A stretch of DNA of 64,000 bases from Podarcis cretensis. Lineage: Eukaryota. Under the pieces are notes generated by a model, which was given only the letters and a program-made list of their open reading frames with translations, had not been told where the DNA came from and ran no database searches. Positions 60,173 to 64,000 of this stretch are shown here, piece by piece; positions within the stretch are counted from its first letter, which is position 1, and each line of letters begins with the position of its first letter. The DNA lies in contig OX638161.1 of the NCBI GenBank assembly GCA_951804945.1, positions 4,340,001 to 4,404,000 of the forward strand, read 5' to 3'. The translations under genes and the position numbers were made by a program.

Positions 60173-61764
60173 AAATCATTATTATTATTATTTCTAGGCA
60201 CCTCACTGTTTCCACTGTGCCCAGAGTGTGCCTCGATTCTTTTGTCAGTGGCCACACAACATTCTCCTTAACCAAGTGGCAGTCTACACTTCCTTCCAAT
60301 TAATTCAGATTTCCCTGGTCTGCAGATAATCCAGTTAAGGAGGGGAGGGAATCCAGCATAAAATCATGCATTACCTGAGTGAAGTGCATTGTGAGTTCAC
60401 ATTTTGAGTGAGCTTTTTAAAAAATGTGTGTAGTGACGTTTTAGTGGCTGCTCTCTGTGGTCACACCCCCTACTTCCAATTGGCCCCCCCAACACAATTT
60501 AGCACAATTTTGTTTCAATCAACCAAAAGAAAAAATGCAGCATGCCTGTTTTCCATTGGTTGATGCTGAAGGTATGTTAACAATGTGTGTGTGTATCAGC
60601 ATTGCTCAAAATTGTTCTTGTGCAAACAATGATATCAAAAATAAAATTAGCCCTTTAACATATAAACAGGAATCAGCTTGCTGTTAAAATACAGATGATG
60701 ATAATCACATTACTGTTAGTACTGTCAATTCATCTTCAATATAACGAAGAATGGGCAGTTACACCTTGCTGAGAATTTTGCCCTCTCTACTAAGATCTCA
60801 GTATTCCTATTGAAACATGAAATAATATCTCTGGGAAGGGATGCTGTTTGAGAAATACAAGTCCAAATCTCCTTTGGGTGCATGGAATTAGCCTCATTGT
60901 CATTTCAACTCAACATTATTTAGGCACACAGTTAAGGGCTTAGTCTTGTGTTTACAGGTATGTGAGGGAAATGGCAGAGCAGGGAGAGAAATGTTCGGGG
61001 GGGGGGGAGCAATCCCACAGGGGATACATTTCAACGAACACAAAAGCTGTCAATAGTAAAATCACCACTGGCTTACAAAGAAAGATGCAAAGTTGGGCAC
61101 TGAACTTGTCTGAATTTTCAGGGTATAGTAGAATCCCAAGAATGTCCATCTGAGTTTATTTCCTGGAAGCTTAGTAAACTGTTATCATCATAATAATTCC
61201 TCTAGCAATTCTATCACCTTTTAAAATTTCTGCCTGCCATTGGGCTGATGCTTTCAGTGAAGTCTCTGTGCTGACCCTGATGTGTCTTTACCAAGTGGTA
61301 ACCACAAATTTGGATCCTTACATGGTATATAATTAAGTTTATTGTTTTCAGTGCATCTCTCACGAAGCAATTACCAGTAGTGTGTTCCAGTTCTCCATTC
61401 CATTATCTATCCTGTTGCCCAAAGGAAAATTACTTATCGCAAGTCAGCAACAGTTGACTATATTGTTCTCTTGACTATATTGTTGTTTTCAGATGCATTT
61501 AATTCAGCATTTTTAGAGGGGCAGGAGGGATACAAACAAAGCAGTAGGCCAATGTGCAGCTTGTTGTACCAGATTGCTTCAGAGCACAGAAGGTCTGCCA
61601 ACCAGCTGGGAGACCCTTGTCTTCACAGAGCAGGAGGAAGGCTCACTATTAGCCACAGTATGTTGAATGCTGGAGACATTGCCTCACGTCCGTGCCTGAG
61701 GGAGTTTCACACTGTTAAGACCGAAACACATTCTAAAGCCAATATTGTGTTCTTTTTATGAGTA

Positions 61765-62007
61765 CACTGGTACCTCGGGTTAAGTACTTAATTCATTCCG
61801 GAGGTCTGTTCTTAACCTGAAGCTGTTCTTAACCTGAAGCACCACTTTGGCTAATGGGGCCTCCCGCTGCCACCGTGCCGCTGGAGCACGATTTCTGTTC
61901 TCATCCTGAAGCAAACTTCTTAACCTGAAGCACGATTTTTGGGGTTAGTGGAGTCTGTAACCTGAAGCGTATGTAACCTGAAGTGTATGTAACCTGAGGT
62001 ACCACTT
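61765..62007. mobile_element. Tc1/mariner-type MITE (same family as 46991)
   Basis: TA|CACTGGTACCTCGGGTTAAG...GAGGTACCACT. Confidence 0.85.
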
Positions 62008-62049
62008 TGCTTGCATGTTACAGAGAATCGGAAAATAATATTTGCTGTA

Positions 62050-62770
62050 ATGGAGCTATCCAAAGTCCACCTAGCCCAGCATTTTGTTTCCCACCCCCAC
62101 TCAGGAGGCTCACAAGCAAGGCATGGAGTGATCCTAGATCACAGATCCTAGAGTTTTAGAGTTGAAAGGGACTAATCCTGATGAGGAATACTGCCATTGA
62201 ACATGGAGCTTCTGTAGAGCTTTCATCACTAATAGCTGATGATAGACCTGTCTTTCATGAATTTGTCCATTTCTAAAATAAAAGCTATCTATCTATCACC
62301 ATGTTTTATGACAATTTAATTCAATAATTGTGCATTGTGTGAAGAAATGCTTTATCCTGTCTGCTCCAAATCTGCCAATAAACTTCACTGAGTGATCCCA
62401 GGTTGAAAGATGGTGCAACATTTCCCAACTGCTCATCTTTTCCCCCTATTGAGGGAAATATCTTAGCAAAGGTGCCACCAGCAGTTTCTAAAAATTTTCA
62501 GTCGTGTCACTTAGTGAGTGTTTTGATGGGCACTGTCTTATAGTGGAATTATGATATCAGCAGTTTTATTTTCAGTTGTTTTCCTAATGATTCCTAGCAT
62601 GTAATTTACCTTTTTCACACTGAGTTGACATCTTCACTGAGCTGTCCACTACTGCCCCAAGGCCTTGTTCCTGGTCAGCTACCGCCAGTCCAAACTCTAT
62701 GAGCACATATGTAAAATCAAGGATTTTCTTGCCCTGACATGCATCACTTTACATTTGTTTACACTCAGTG
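62050..62770 (-). mobile_element. Old CR1 LINE remnant
   Basis: Minus-strand NKCKVMH motif (CR1 RT C-terminal region) plus CR1-like 3' UTR fragments. Confidence 0.55.
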
Positions 62771-63753
62771 GTGACTGGCAGCCCCTGGACCTGGTGGGGT
62801 GGCCTGTCTTCTCAAAGGTAGAGATCAGGTTGACTGTTCTAATGGGGAAACTAAGGATAGAGTTGAATGTGATAATCATTAGAATTCCCACCATCACAAA
62901 AACTCTTTATCCAATTCACCAACAATGCTTTGCAAATTTTAAATTGTGCATTACAAATGGCAACATTTGGTGCAGTCATTAATGGAGATTTGATCAGCTT
63001 TGTTTGCCTGGCACCCCCTGGCCAGCAACAAAATGAAGAGGAATCAAGTTCCCTCTCTTCCATCTGTTTCCTTTTACTCTACCATTATCCATGTATCAAC
63101 ACACAAAGGAAATACTCCTGTTCCTGCATCTGATTTTAACATCAAAAATACTATAGTGAAATCAGTCTCTGAATGTCAGTCATTATATAGTCAAAATGAC
63201 GTCATCCATGTACAAGAGGGAGGTATTAGCACTTTTGGGAGAACCCAAGGTCTGTGGAACAACAATAAAAACCCAAGGGCAGTAAACCCAAACCTTTCTT
63301 AATATGACCAAGAGAGCTTTGCTGGCTGGCTGGAACCCTGAACAGGAAACTCCACACTGCAACATTGGGGGGGGGGGTGCAGGTGTCACAAGTGGGACCC
63401 ACAACAAAATGTTTCCATGTGGAAAGTTCTGGGTTCTGGCCAATGGTCACTGCAGAGGCAGACTAGAAGATCAGGTTGTTTTCTATTTTATTTTACTGAA
63501 GTGCACTTCTTGCAACATCCAGTCTTAGGTTCACTTAGACATCATAAATTCTGTGACCACATTTTCCAGTGGTTCAAAACTATCTACTCTCATTAATCAT
63601 TTTTGACCACAACAAAGGATAGTTCAGGCTTTACGGGCAGAATACATTGTACAGCAAACACAGTCATCTGGTATGTCAAATAGACAAACCTAATTGGGAA
63701 TATGGCTGGCCTCCATCACATGTTTTTTAATTGGAGGATGTAAGACATGGAAT

Positions 63754-64000
63754 GGGACGCGGGTGGTGCTGTGGGTCAAACCACAGAGCCTAGGACTTGC
63801 CGATCAGAAGGTCAGAGGTTTGAATCCTCGCGACGGGGTGAGTTCCCGTTGCTCGGTCCCTGCTCCTGCCAGCCCAGCAGTTCGAAAGCATGTCAAAGTA
63901 CAAGTAGATAAATAGGTACCACTCCGGCAGGAAGGTAAACGGCGTTTCTGTGTGCTGCTCTGTTTGCCAGAAGTGGCTTAGTCATGCTGGCCACATGACT
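63754..64000 (+). mobile_element. Sauria SINE, cut by the window end
   Basis: GGGACGCGGGTGGTGCTGTGGG head and conserved core. Confidence 0.9.

Overview
Vertebrate genomic DNA, almost certainly from a squamate lizard (Sauria-type SINEs and RTE/BovB fragments; probably a lacertid). Three conserved genes can be reconstructed from splice sites and reading frame. GLIPR2 (+) has coding exons 2-5 at 413-9602, with exon 1 outside the window. ALG2 (-) has two exons at 39515-43058 and encodes 409 aa. SEC61B (+) has four exons at 43471-45633 and encodes 96 aa. ALG2 and SEC61B are head-to-head across a ~410-bp CpG-island promoter. The rest is intronic or intergenic DNA rich in transposons: Sauria SINEs, BovB, L2, CR1 and L1-like remnants, hAT and Tc1/mariner MITEs, solo LTRs, a decayed DIRS/Ngaro element and microsatellites. 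I found no convincing new multi-gene system. The most unusual signals are (1) a SINE/inverted-flank/SINE template-switch structure on the end of a solo LTR, (2) a four-layer nested TE stack in the ALG2 intron, (3) a MITE family carrying a CTCF-like motif, (4) a hAT element carrying a captured BovB piece, (5) a hAT tandem dimer sharing one TSD, (6) three same-family solo LTRs within 5 kb, (7) an orphan CpG-retaining ORF in GLIPR2 intron 2, and (8) the non-human GLIPR2-ALG2 adjacency. Coordinates were counted by hand. Repeat family names come from recognition, not database searches.
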